Assembly: GCA_040005235.1 (NCBI GenBank)
Contig: JBDTZG010000057.1
Location: 1 to 34,360, forward strand
Reading direction: 5' to 3'
From: Acidobacteriota bacterium
Lineage (GTDB): Bacteria > Acidobacteriota > Thermoanaerobaculia > Multivoradales > UBA5704
DNA length: 34,360 nucleotides
Both the position numbers and the translations under genes were made by a program. The notes beneath the pieces were generated by a model that was given only the letters and a program-made list of their open reading frames with translations, did no database searches and was not told where the DNA came from. Position 1 is the stretch's first letter, and the number at the start of each line of letters is the position of its first letter. Shown here piece by piece: positions 8,076 to 19,492 of the stretch.

Positions 8076-8534
8076 TTACGCTCCCTGCGCCCCACTGAGG
8101 CTCCCGTAGTACTCCGCCATGCCGGCGAGCGTGATCAACGCTTCGCCACGCTCTTCAGGAAGTAGACCTGCTCGGGCGTCGAGCCACGGGCGCTCGCCGT
8201 GGATCAAGTCGCTCAGCCACTGGGAGGTCTTATCGCCGTAGAAATTCAAGACCGCATCGATCGTCTCTCGTTCCGCACTCTTCAGCTTGTTCGGATCTCC
8301 CTTGGGCCAAGTGGCGACCTTGAACTGACCACGATGCTCCGCATAGAGCGTGGGCACCACCGGGCCATTGGCCCAGGCCTCGATGCGAGCTTGGAACAGC
8401 GGACGTTCGTCCCACACCAGCGACCAGGCTTGCGAGTAATAGACGAGCTTCTGCAGTTTCATCGCGGTCATCGAGCCGCGCTGCTGCAGGATGTAAGCGG
8501 CGACATCGTTGGCGCTGGTCACGGAATTCTCCAT
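8076..8534 (-). CDS. Panacea-domain (DUF4065 / GepA / SocA-like) antitoxin
   Basis: ANDVAAYIL, MKLQKLVYYSQAW, IEAWANGPVVPTLY, LSDLIH.E.PW. The start is ATG 8534 or 8543. Confidence 0.9.
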   Translation of the reverse strand: MENSVTSANDVAAYILQQRGSMTAMKLQKLVYYSQAWSLVWDERPLFQARIEAWANGPVVPTLYAEHRGQFKVATWPKGDPNKLKSAERETIDAVLNFYGDKTSQWLSDLIHGERPWLDARAGLLPEERGEALITLAGMAEYYGSLSGAQGA

Positions 8535-8597
8535 GCCTTCCATCCGGCGAATTCGCAGAATAGGTCTGCGTTGTACGCTACTGTACAACCGAGGTCC

Positions 8598-8774
8598 TCA
8601 GCCGTCGAACCCGCTATCGTCACCTTCGAAGCTGTCGCTTAGAGGGCCACCCAGAACTGCACGAGATCGTTCTGCTTCATTTGCCAGAACCCTAGGCATC
8701 GACCAGCCCGCCTCCTCCCGGTTCCATTCCATCGGAGCTCCGTGAGGTGCGGCTGATTCTTGACCATGCACCTT
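8598..8774 (-). pseudogene. Collapsed remnant of a leader-mntA-hepT-micro-gene operon
   Basis: On the minus strand, in order: the leader copy with RBS, the MNT-stop/HEPN-start junction (TGGTCGATGCCTAGG), then the micro-gene 3' end FWVAL with a CAA>TAA nonsense change and a 1-nt deletion. Confidence 0.75.
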
Positions 8775-9072
8775 TTGCGCCTTCGTTCTCGCGTTGTCAG
8801 GTAGGGAGGCACATCTAAGGAGCCAATTTGGCCTGAATATACTCCAGCTCGTAATTTCAGATCGCTGTCGGCCGGTAGCACGCTTCGATCGCCGGTGGCC
8901 CACTGAGAGACGTTCGCCACGGAGTCCTTGGGTAGAGTCTGGAGGTCTTTAGCCGCCCTCCCACCCGAAGAGATAGTTTGTTCTGTATAAGCGGAGAGAA
9001 AGCGTACCGCGAATGACGACGGCTTAGCCGATTATCGTCAGACGAGGCGTCAGGGGGCCAATGGAGGTTTCA

Positions 9073-9660
9073 ATGAGAAGTCGTAGCCATCTTCTAGCGC
9101 TGCTTTTGGTGCTCGGCTGCGGTCGTGAGCGCTTTGAACTTGGCAAAGACTCGCAAGGCCGTACAGTTCGCCTCGACCGCCAGACTGGAAAGGTAGAGCT
9201 AGTAGACTCACTAATCGCTTCGTCCGGCAGCCCGTCACCGTCTCCGTCGGCTGGCTCGCCGCCCAATCCAAAGCCCGCGCCCGATCACTCGGAGGCCGCC
9301 GCCGAGAAAATCATTCTGGTCGAGATTCTCGACAAGCGCTTCACCAAGGCCGGCTACGAGGACTTTGTGGCCTTCGACTTTCGCTACACCGCGTCTGGGC
9401 TCGACCGACCAACCCGTGCCGTGAAAGGCAAAATGCTCTTTCAGGATTTATTTGGTGAAACACATCTCACGCTAGGTTGGACCATTGACAAACCGCTCGC
9501 TCCAAACGAAACGGCTGACGAGCTCGGCAGCGGTCTTGATTACAATCAGTTCATGGACGATCACAAGTGGGCTCGATTCACCGAAAAGGGCGACATGAAG
9601 GCGGTGTTCCGGGTTCAAAGCATCATCTACGCGGACGGAACCCGCGTAGACTTCGAATAA
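9073..9660 (+). CDS. Hypothetical lipoprotein
   Basis: ATG follows GGAGG. MRSRSHLLALLLVLG|C is a lipobox, followed by a Ser/Pro linker and a beta-rich C-terminal domain (FQDLFGE, DYNQFMDDH, IIYADG). Visibly lower GC than the backbone. Confidence 0.8.
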   Translation: MRSRSHLLALLLVLGCGRERFELGKDSQGRTVRLDRQTGKVELVDSLIASSGSPSPSPSAGSPPNPKPAPDHSEAAAEKIILVEILDKRFTKAGYEDFVAFDFRYTASGLDRPTRAVKGKMLFQDLFGETHLTLGWTIDKPLAPNETADELGSGLDYNQFMDDHKWARFTEKGDMKAVFRVQSIIYADGTRVDFE

Positions 9661-9666
9661 AAGGAA

Positions 9667-10185
9667 GTGAGCCCAATGTCGCAGCCACCATCAATTTCAT
9701 GTCGCATCTGTGACCAAGGTCAGCTCTTTCATTCGAAGGTGCATCGCCTCAGTGGCCCTGCTGTGACTATCGGCTATATTCTCCTCGTACCATCGCTTCT
9801 CGGAATTCTGTTGAGCCTGTTCTTTCTGATGGCCAGCTGGGTGGGAGCCGCCTCCACCGCCACCGAGCTTTCCGCAGTTACAAGAGAGGCGATCAGGACG
9901 GCGGATGTTCCGCTCGATCTTCGGCAAAAGCTCGAACAGGGCCATCTCGTCACTGAGTCCGAAATGGCGAACCTAACCTTTGTTCAGCGCTCAGCGATCG
10001 AATCCGCGAATAGCCAGCTCGCCGCTTCGGTCGCCGGGAGCGGTTGCGCCGCTGCATGTGGGACGGGTCTTGCCGGTATCGGCGCCGTATTTTCGTTCGT
10101 TGGCGGCCTTGTCGGGTGGCTTCTCGTCATGAAGAAACGCGTCTTGAAATGCAACCTTTGTGGTGCCGCCGTTGCTGTCAGTTAG
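9667..10185 (+). CDS. Membrane protein with split CxxC...CxxC zinc ribbon
   Basis: N-terminal CRIC and C-terminal CNLC flank two hydrophobic segments. The start (GTG 9667 or ATG 9676) follows AAGGAAG. Confidence 0.75.
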   Translation: MSPMSQPPSISCRICDQGQLFHSKVHRLSGPAVTIGYILLVPSLLGILLSLFFLMASWVGAASTATELSAVTREAIRTADVPLDLRQKLEQGHLVTESEMANLTFVQRSAIESANSQLAASVAGSGCAAACGTGLAGIGAVFSFVGGLVGWLLVMKKRVLKCNLCGAAVAVS

Positions 10186-10190
10186 GCATC

Positions 10191-10239
10191 GCGCGGGCCT
10201 CCGGCTCGCCAGTGGGGGCGAGACGCCCGCGCACCCAGG
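10191..10239. repeat. REP-like palindrome / bidirectional terminator
   Basis: GCGCGGGC..CTCGCC..GGCGAG..GCCCGCGC nested stem between convergent genes. The arm GGCGAGACGCCCGCGCACCC resembles REP-type elements. Single occurrence in the window. Confidence 0.45.
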
Positions 10240-10267
10240 GAACATCGCCCCCTATGAGTCGACGGAC

Positions 10268-10426
10268 TCAGCCGTCTGACCAGCCATTGTCACCCTTGAA
10301 GGCTGTCGCTTGGAGCGCCACCCAGAACGAATCGAGCTGGCTGCCTTCCCTCTCCACAACCCGATTGATCGCGGCGACGATTCGCTCCCGCTCCGCATCC
10401 GACCGCGTTCTCTCAGGCCTCTTCAT
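10268..10426 (-). CDS. 52-aa micro-protein, copy 2
   Basis: MKRPERTRSDAERERIVAAINRVVEREGSQLDSFWVALQATAFKGDNGWSDG*. The ATG lies 1 nt after the acnA stop. It has 27/41 identical residues to copy 1 over the shared region. Confidence 0.75.
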   Translation of the reverse strand: MKRPERTRSDAERERIVAAINRVVEREGSQLDSFWVALQATAFKGDNGWSDG

Positions 10427-10427
10427 C

Positions 10428-13178
<2,751 letters not shown>

Positions 13179-13456
13179 GAGAGGTGCTCTCCTCGGATCT
13201 GGCTCACAATCTCGGCGACCGCGAAGAACGCAAGATTTTCGGCGCGGCGCAAGGGGGGCGGTCGACCGGCCCCTGCGCTCCGGCCGAGATCGCAAGCGAA
13301 CGATACCAGTTCAGACCGGACCTGTTGCAAGCCGCAAGCGCGAGAGCTATCGTCGCACCAGCACTTACACTCCAATTCTCGGCGTTTTCCGGCAACCCGT
13401 GAGCCTTCGGCTCGCGATGCGTCCTCGCTAGATCAAGGACCAGGAGGTTGATCGTC

Positions 13457-15991
13457 ATGTCCGATAAAGCACCGAGACCCACGCTGATCGAACGGGTCAA
13501 GCAGCTCTTGCCGGACCGCAACCTGCGGGGCCCGGTCGGCTGGATGCTCGACCGCCAGCTCGTCCTCAGTTTGCGCGAGATCTTCCTCTACAGCGCTTTC
13601 GGCACGAAGTTCGATGCGCGCAACTGGATGGTCGGGCGCGAGCGGGACTTCGCGCTCGAAATGGGGAGCGAGGAGTTCTGGTTCGACTACCTGTCGGACT
13701 CGGGCGACGGCATGCGCGCTACCTACTCGATCGCCTACCTCGCCCAGTCCGACCTGTTCGTGACGCAGCAGGCCAAGGCAGGGGAACAGATCGCGTTCGA
13801 CGAAACGCCCGACCGGCAGCGCCGGATGCCGCGCGGCGCGTTCCTGTTCGTCGGGGGCGACACGGCGTACCACGTCGCCGATTTCGAAACGCTCACCGAG
13901 CGCTTTCAGACGCCGTTCAACTTCGCGTTTCGCGATCTCGACGCGGAGGGCAAGCTCGCCGCTCCGGTGCGCCGACCGATCTTCGGCATTCCGGGCAACC
14001 ACGACTACTACGACTTCCTCGACGGTTTCAACCGCCAGTTCCGCCGGCCCTACGACGCCGAGCCGCGCTTCGACTCTCGCGACGAGGGCGACAAGCCGCA
14101 GCTCGTGCTCGAAGGTTTCGAGCGCAAGCAGTGGGCGAGCTACGTTTCGCTGGAGCTGCCGTTCGGTTGGCGGATGTTTGGGCTGGATGCTCAGAACGGC
14201 ACGATGGATCGGCGGCAGAAGCACTACTTCCGCTCGATCCTCGAAGATCCGAAGAAAGCGACCGACAAGCTGATCGTGGCGACGCCGGAACCGATCGTCT
14301 CGTTCGGCCGGCAGGCGACCCCGGAATCCGAGTACGCCAAGACCTTCAAAGACCTTGGGCTCCCCCGTCCCTTCCTCGATCCGCCCGAGCCGCTGCCGCC
14401 GGGGCAATGCCGGCTCGACCTGGCGGGCGACGTCCATCATTATGCGCGCTACTGGGGGGCGTCCCCGGGCGAAGCGACGGACGCGAGCTACTCCTCGGTC
14501 GTCTCCGGGCTCGGCGGCGCGTTCCTTCATCCCTCGTCCACCGACGTCGGGAAGGTGCCTTCCAAAGCCCGCTATCCGCTGCCGCGCGTTTCGCTGGCGA
14601 AGGTTTTGGAGCGGATCTTGAAGCCTTGGATGATCATCCGCGGCGGCAGGCTCTGGCTGATCGGAATCCTGATCACCGGGTTGATCTATTCGGGCGCCGC
14701 GTCGTCCGAGAGCCTGCGGAGCGTGCTCAAGCCGATCTTCGACCGGGTCGGTCTCTCCCTGCCCTCGCTGCCGACCGAAGAGGGGGTCAAAACGAGCTAC
14801 GACCCGATCGTGCACGCGCTGGGCGGCTTACGGTCAACGCTCTATGGCGAGAGGTTTATCCCCCCGGACCCGGCGGTCGGCAAACCGGCGCCCCTCGTGG
14901 GCAGCGGGCTCTGGCACCGGGAGCTGGTCTACTTGCCGGTCCTGTTCTCCGTCCTGCTCTGGGGCACCTGGTTGAACGTTCGGTTGGATGAACGGGCGAA
15001 GAAAGAGGACATCCGCTTCAACTACGCCGCCTATCGATGGCCGATCCGCGCGTTGTTCCTGACCGCCGCGGCCTCGGTCTTCTGGGTCTACATCTATCCG
15101 GGGTACGGCGAGTACGGCAACTTCCACCCGCTCGCTTCGAGCTTCATCATGCTTGCGCTCATCGCCGCGAGCTACCTCGGCCTGCTCTGGAGCCGAGCCT
15201 ACGACGAGGCGATGAACCGGAAGGCGCGCGTCCGCGGGCGGCTCACTCTGGCGGATCAGGTACACGGCTGGCTGCTCTGGATCTTCACTCTGCTCGCGTG
15301 GGTCTTCGGCCTCGCCCGCTACGGCGTCGACGCGGTCTCGGTGATGGGGGCCGACTTGGGCTACCTGATCGTCGGCCTCGGCACCCTGATCGGGCTGCCG
15401 CTCTTCGCCTGGAGCGTGGGCGGGGCTCTCAAGGGCGTCCTGGGCAAGTCCGGGTTTTTCCTGCTCGGCCTCTGGCAGGCCTTCCTGCAGCTCGCGCTGC
15501 CGCTGTTGCTGGTGATCGCCTGCCCGCCCTGGGTGGCATTGCTCGCGGGGATCGCGACGGTCGGCTTCAGCTGGCTGGCAGCCTGGATCGCGCCGCGCCT
15601 CTTGCGCCGGGACGACGCGGGGGAGCGCGGGAGCATCGGCTGGATTCTGTTCGCCGCCTGGCTGTTCTGGGACGGCCTGCTGCTCGCGCTGATCTTCAGC
15701 CATCCAACCCCGCAGAAGGCGGACTGGGCCTCGTGCCTGGTAGCGCTCGCGCTCGGAGTCGTCCTCTGCTGCGCCTGGTTCGGCTGGTATCTCGCGGTCT
15801 CGATCTGCTTTGACGGCCACAACAACGAAGCGGGCGGCGGCGCCCGGATCGAGCAGTTCAAACAGTTCATCCGCTTCCGCCTGACGAAGGAGGGTTTGAC
15901 CGGCTACGTGATCGCGATCGACGACCCTCAGGAGGACGGCCGCCTGCTCACACCCCGCCTGATCGACGTCTTCGAGGTCCGGCCACGGTAG
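13457..15991 (+). CDS. Calcineurin-like metallophosphoesterase with large multi-pass membrane region
   Basis: SDSGDG, GGDTAYH, IPGNHDYYD, AGDVHHY, GLGGAFLH, then many hydrophobic helices and a C-terminal beta segment. RBS CAGGAGG. Confidence 0.88.
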   Translation: MSDKAPRPTLIERVKQLLPDRNLRGPVGWMLDRQLVLSLREIFLYSAFGTKFDARNWMVGRERDFALEMGSEEFWFDYLSDSGDGMRATYSIAYLAQSDLFVTQQAKAGEQIAFDETPDRQRRMPRGAFLFVGGDTAYHVADFETLTERFQTPFNFAFRDLDAEGKLAAPVRRPIFGIPGNHDYYDFLDGFNRQFRRPYDAEPRFDSRDEGDKPQLVLEGFERKQWASYVSLELPFGWRMFGLDAQNGTMDRRQKHYFRSILEDPKKATDKLIVATPEPIVSFGRQATPESEYAKTFKDLGLPRPFLDPPEPLPPGQCRLDLAGDVHHYARYWGASPGEATDASYSSVVSGLGGAFLHPSSTDVGKVPSKARYPLPRVSLAKVLERILKPWMIIRGGRLWLIGILITGLIYSGAASSESLRSVLKPIFDRVGLSLPSLPTEEGVKTSYDPIVHALGGLRSTLYGERFIPPDPAVGKPAPLVGSGLWHRELVYLPVLFSVLLWGTWLNVRLDERAKKEDIRFNYAAYRWPIRALFLTAAASVFWVYIYPGYGEYGNFHPLASSFIMLALIAASYLGLLWSRAYDEAMNRKARVRGRLTLADQVHGWLLWIFTLLAWVFGLARYGVDAVSVMGADLGYLIVGLGTLIGLPLFAWSVGGALKGVLGKSGFFLLGLWQAFLQLALPLLLVIACPPWVALLAGIATVGFSWLAAWIAPRLLRRDDAGERGSIGWILFAAWLFWDGLLLALIFSHPTPQKADWASCLVALALGVVLCCAWFGWYLAVSICFDGHNNEAGGGARIEQFKQFIRFRLTKEGLTGYVIAIDDPQEDGRLLTPRLIDVFEVRPR

Positions 15992-16012
15992 GCCCGGGTC
16001 CGACGCTTTGCC

Positions 16013-17284
16013 TTACTGCGCCGCGGCGAGAGCCTGGCGGTAGTCGCCGAGGAGCTTCGTGCCGATTTCGGCCTCTTGGGATTGGCGGAGGCGCAACGCC
16101 GATGCCGAGCCGAACGAGGCAGGGTTCGAATAGAGCCGGATGAGCTGGTCCTGGGCGCCTTTCACCAGACCCTGGAGGTTCCGGTTTCCCAGCTCTCTGG
16201 CCAGAGCGTCCATGATCTGGACCCCGAGGTCCGCCGGGGCAGCTTCGGTTGCCGCCGGATCCACGTCGCGCAGTTGGCGGGCGAACCAGGCGAGCGCGGT
16301 CGGCCGGTCCCAGGACTTGACGATCTCGTAGAGGGTGAGATCGGCCCGGTCGAGGGTGGCGCTCTTGCGCAGGACGCGGCTCAGCCGGTCGCGCTGCTCG
16401 TCGGACAGGAACGCGGCGACCAGGGCCGGCGACGGTTCGGATTCGAGACCCTGGCCCGCGGCGATCCCCCGAGCGACGATCGAGCGCAGGTCGGTTGCGG
16501 CCTGCTCAAGAGGGGTGCCGCGCTGCCTTGCGGTCTCGCGGAGCGAGTCGAGCGCGGCCAGAATTTCGCCCGCGGCGGCTTTCCGGGTGACCGGTTCTTC
16601 CGCGGTCGCGACCAGCCATTCCGCCAGGTCGTCCGGGTGGATCTGTGGATAACGCGGCAGTGCGGCGAGGCTTTCGATTCTTTCGCGATAGACCGGCATC
16701 TCGGCTTCGGTCAGCTCTTTGAGACCGAAGGTGGCGTCGTCGGTTTCGTACGTCCGGCTCGCTTTCGCGCCGTCGGCTCGGGAGTTGAGAAACGCCAGGA
16801 CCAGGGCTCCCGGGGCGAAACGATCGGCGCCCACGTCCTCCTGCTCGCTGTGGAACACCCGGATGATCGCCTGGGCCTCGCGCCCTTTGAGCACCAGGTT
16901 CAGCCGCAGCTCGGTCGCCACCTCGCCTTGAGCGCCTGCGGGCATGAACGAAGTGCCGGCGATCCCCAGAACGACCAGCTCGCTCTCGTCGAACAGCTGC
17001 CGCAGCGGCTCCGACCCCAAGGGGATGTCGCCCGCGTCGAGGGACTCCCACGTACCGGAGTTGGCGGCGCTCGGCTGGGCGGTCGCCGGCTCCAGGCTGA
17101 GACAGACGACGAGCAGCGCGGCCGCGATCGGCGAGAGCCCCCGGCGCAGATCAAAAACTTGCCGGCCGGGCTGCACACAATTCCGGTGCGCCGAAGGCTC
17201 GCTTCCCTCCTGCCAACCGTTTGCCGGCGGCCACGGGGGAGCGACGGGCTCCAAACGGCTGAATTGGACTTCAAAAGCGCTCAT
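16013..17284 (-). CDS. Hypothetical exported protein, paralog of the C-terminal part of 17362-18927
   Basis: Signal-like segment IAAALLVVCLSLEPATA|Q, and blocks shared with the upstream gene (SELV, PVYRER, AEWLVAT.EEP..R). The true start may be downstream of 17284. Confidence 0.75.
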   Translation of the reverse strand: MSAFEVQFSRLEPVAPPWPPANGWQEGSEPSAHRNCVQPGRQVFDLRRGLSPIAAALLVVCLSLEPATAQPSAANSGTWESLDAGDIPLGSEPLRQLFDESELVVLGIAGTSFMPAGAQGEVATELRLNLVLKGREAQAIIRVFHSEQEDVGADRFAPGALVLAFLNSRADGAKASRTYETDDATFGLKELTEAEMPVYRERIESLAALPRYPQIHPDDLAEWLVATAEEPVTRKAAAGEILAALDSLRETARQRGTPLEQAATDLRSIVARGIAAGQGLESEPSPALVAAFLSDEQRDRLSRVLRKSATLDRADLTLYEIVKSWDRPTALAWFARQLRDVDPAATEAAPADLGVQIMDALARELGNRNLQGLVKGAQDQLIRLYSNPASFGSASALRLRQSQEAEIGTKLLGDYRQALAAAQ

Positions 17285-17361
17285 TTTCGCGACCCCCGGT
17301 CCACGGCGAGCAGACGAAAAGGCATTGCCTGCAAACTATGGACCGGGCCTTGCGCGGGCGG

Positions 17362-18927
17362 TTATCGAGGCGTTTCGATCGCTTCCTGGAGGCTTTGGAT
17401 CAGCTCGCCCCGAAGGGCGCCGGTCGGCGCGTTCTCGGGGGCCAGCTCGCGAATCGTACGGATCGCCCAGGCGGTCGCCGCCTCCCGATCGAACGAGAGA
17501 ACGACCGAGAACAGACCAAGATCGCCCTCCGTAAGCGTGCGGGTTGAATCGAGCGCTTCGACCAGCCGCTCCCGATTTCCACCGTCCAGGAAGGCCGCAA
17601 CCATTTCCGAGGAAGGATCGTTTTCGAACGACTTTCCCTCGGCGAGGAAGTGATCGACGACGGCGCGGAGGTCCGCCGCCGCGTGGTCCGCCGTCAGGTC
17701 CTTTCCTTGGGCGAACCGATCGAGCGCCTCTAAGTCTTCCATGATTTCCGCCGTCACGAGCGTACGCGCCAAAGGTTCCTCAACGGTCGCCACCAGCCAT
17801 TCGGCGATGTCGGAGGGGGCGGGCGACGCACCCCCCCAATCCGAGAGCCGCGCGAGCGCGTTCAAGCGTTCGCGGTAGACCGGCAGCTCGGCGGCCGAGA
17901 GCGGCATCAAGCCATAGTAATAGTCGGCGAATTCATAAGCCGGGCCGGATTCGCCCTCGCGCGGATTGAGCAGCACGAGAACCTGGGCTCCCGGCGGCTC
18001 GGCGAGGCCTTCGCCCTCGTAGGGAGCGGCGTGGTAGACGCGCACGCTCCGCTTCGAAGCCCGGCCTTTGAACGCGAGGTCGATGGACAGATCGGTGACG
18101 ACCTCCCCGGAATCGTCGTGGAGCGCACGAGTTTTGCCGACCGTCGCGATCGCCACCAGCTCGCTCCCGCCGTAGATCTTCCGCAACGGCTCCTTGATCG
18201 CCACGAGCGCGCCGCCGAGAGAGTGACTCTCGTCGGGGGTCGGAGAGACCGTGAGGCCGACGGTTCGGGCCTCTCCGGGCTGGATAACGACATCCGCGAC
18301 CGGCGGAGCGCTGAAGCTGTCGGAGCTGAGGTCCAGGGCATAGACCCCGGCGCCGAGGTTGTCGAAGACGAAGTCGCCGTCCTCCGAGGTCAGAGTCGAA
18401 CGCTGTTGGCCGTCGAAAGTGTTGACCGCGACAACCTGGAAACCCTTCTTCGGCGTGCCGCTCTCGTCATGGACGTTGCCGCGGAGGAGTGCCGTTCGGC
18501 CGCCGCCCTTCGCTTTGGCGTCCGGCGCGGGGGCGCGATGGCCGTCGGAAGCGCCCGCCGCCGAAGCCGGTTTTTCGGCCAACGGCTTGGCCGCCGCGGT
18601 TCCGATTCCCAAGAGTGCGGAGACCACGGCCGCCGCGACCGGCGATGCCCGATGCGCCGCCCAGTTGGATGCAGCCATCGGCTCGTAGGCCGGCTCGAGC
18701 GTCAGCAGCCGGCCGTCCTTGCCGCGGGTGATTTGGGCGCACAGCTTGCCCCCGCTCGCCTGAATCCGCGTGGCGATCTGGCGCTGGGTCATTCGTTGAA
18801 AATCGAACACCTGCCGGTCGCACTCCGCACAATGGCGCTCGGCGTCGCCGCCCGTCATCTCGTCCCAGGGTTTCGTGCAGGGAGATTGGATCACCAACCG
18901 ATTCAACTTCTCGCTCCGCGTCGCCAT
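17362..18927 (-). CDS. Membrane-anchored protein: N-terminal Cys-rich domain, carboxypeptidase-regulatory-like beta domain, uncharacterised C-terminal domain
   Basis: PCTKPWDEM...HCAECDRQVFDF...LCAQ, then a hydrophobic segment, then LRGNVHDESG..DGDFVFDNLGAGVY (CarboxypepD_reg-like pattern). Confidence 0.82.
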   Translation of the reverse strand: MATRSEKLNRLVIQSPCTKPWDEMTGGDAERHCAECDRQVFDFQRMTQRQIATRIQASGGKLCAQITRGKDGRLLTLEPAYEPMAASNWAAHRASPVAAAVVSALLGIGTAAAKPLAEKPASAAGASDGHRAPAPDAKAKGGGRTALLRGNVHDESGTPKKGFQVVAVNTFDGQQRSTLTSEDGDFVFDNLGAGVYALDLSSDSFSAPPVADVVIQPGEARTVGLTVSPTPDESHSLGGALVAIKEPLRKIYGGSELVAIATVGKTRALHDDSGEVVTDLSIDLAFKGRASKRSVRVYHAAPYEGEGLAEPPGAQVLVLLNPREGESGPAYEFADYYYGLMPLSAAELPVYRERLNALARLSDWGGASPAPSDIAEWLVATVEEPLARTLVTAEIMEDLEALDRFAQGKDLTADHAAADLRAVVDHFLAEGKSFENDPSSEMVAAFLDGGNRERLVEALDSTRTLTEGDLGLFSVVLSFDREAATAWAIRTIRELAPENAPTGALRGELIQSLQEAIETPR

Positions 18928-19165
18928 CTCAAACCCCCAGTCTCAAGTACCGCTGGAGGGATCAGACTGCAAGGGGCGAGCCCCGGTTCCCGCCCGGGGG
19001 AGACGGATCGATTCTTTGGGGCCGGCCGGGGTTTTCTCGGGATGGACGAGGCCTTGCGCCCCTTTGGGGCCGGAGGCCGACGCCATCGTCGTCCGGTTTC
19101 CCGGACGGCGATTCAAAAAGATGTCCTCCGGCGAAGGTCCGATTCGACGCTAGAATCCTTACATC

Positions 19166-19369
19166 GTGGCCGCATCCCAGGACACATTTTCGCGCCTGCG
19201 CACGCTGCAGCACCGCGAGGCCGTCGGATTCCGACAGCTGTTCGAGAGCAACCTCAAGATGCCACCGGACGCCGGCGCGCGGATCATCGCCCGAGCCGGC
19301 GCCCTGAGGGAAAAGCTTGAAGATCTTGTCGCCTCAGACCTTTCCGCCCCAAGAACCGACGCGACGTAG
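19166..19369 (+). CDS. Possible 67-aa hypothetical protein
   Basis: GTG 9 nt after a TAGAAT box in an otherwise empty region; helical-looking sequence. No family recognised. Confidence 0.3.
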   Translation: MAASQDTFSRLRTLQHREAVGFRQLFESNLKMPPDAGARIIARAGALREKLEDLVASDLSAPRTDAT

Positions 19370-19492
19370 GCACCGGCCCCGGCCCGCGACGGATTGGGCC
19401 CGGTATCCGGTCCTGCCGGTTTTACCGCAAGATTGGCCGCAGCCGGTCGCGGTTCACCTGTCGAAAACACCGAACGCCTCTGTTTGCTCCGC

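Noticed and set aside
8598-8920. ORFs of 101 and 93 aa as real genes
   Set aside because: They read through the collapsed operon remnant and the duplicated leader, and are better explained as a pseudogene.
7189-10426. Classical integron cassette array
   Set aside because: No intI gene and no attC-type inverted repeats were found; the repeated unit is a protein-coding sequence.
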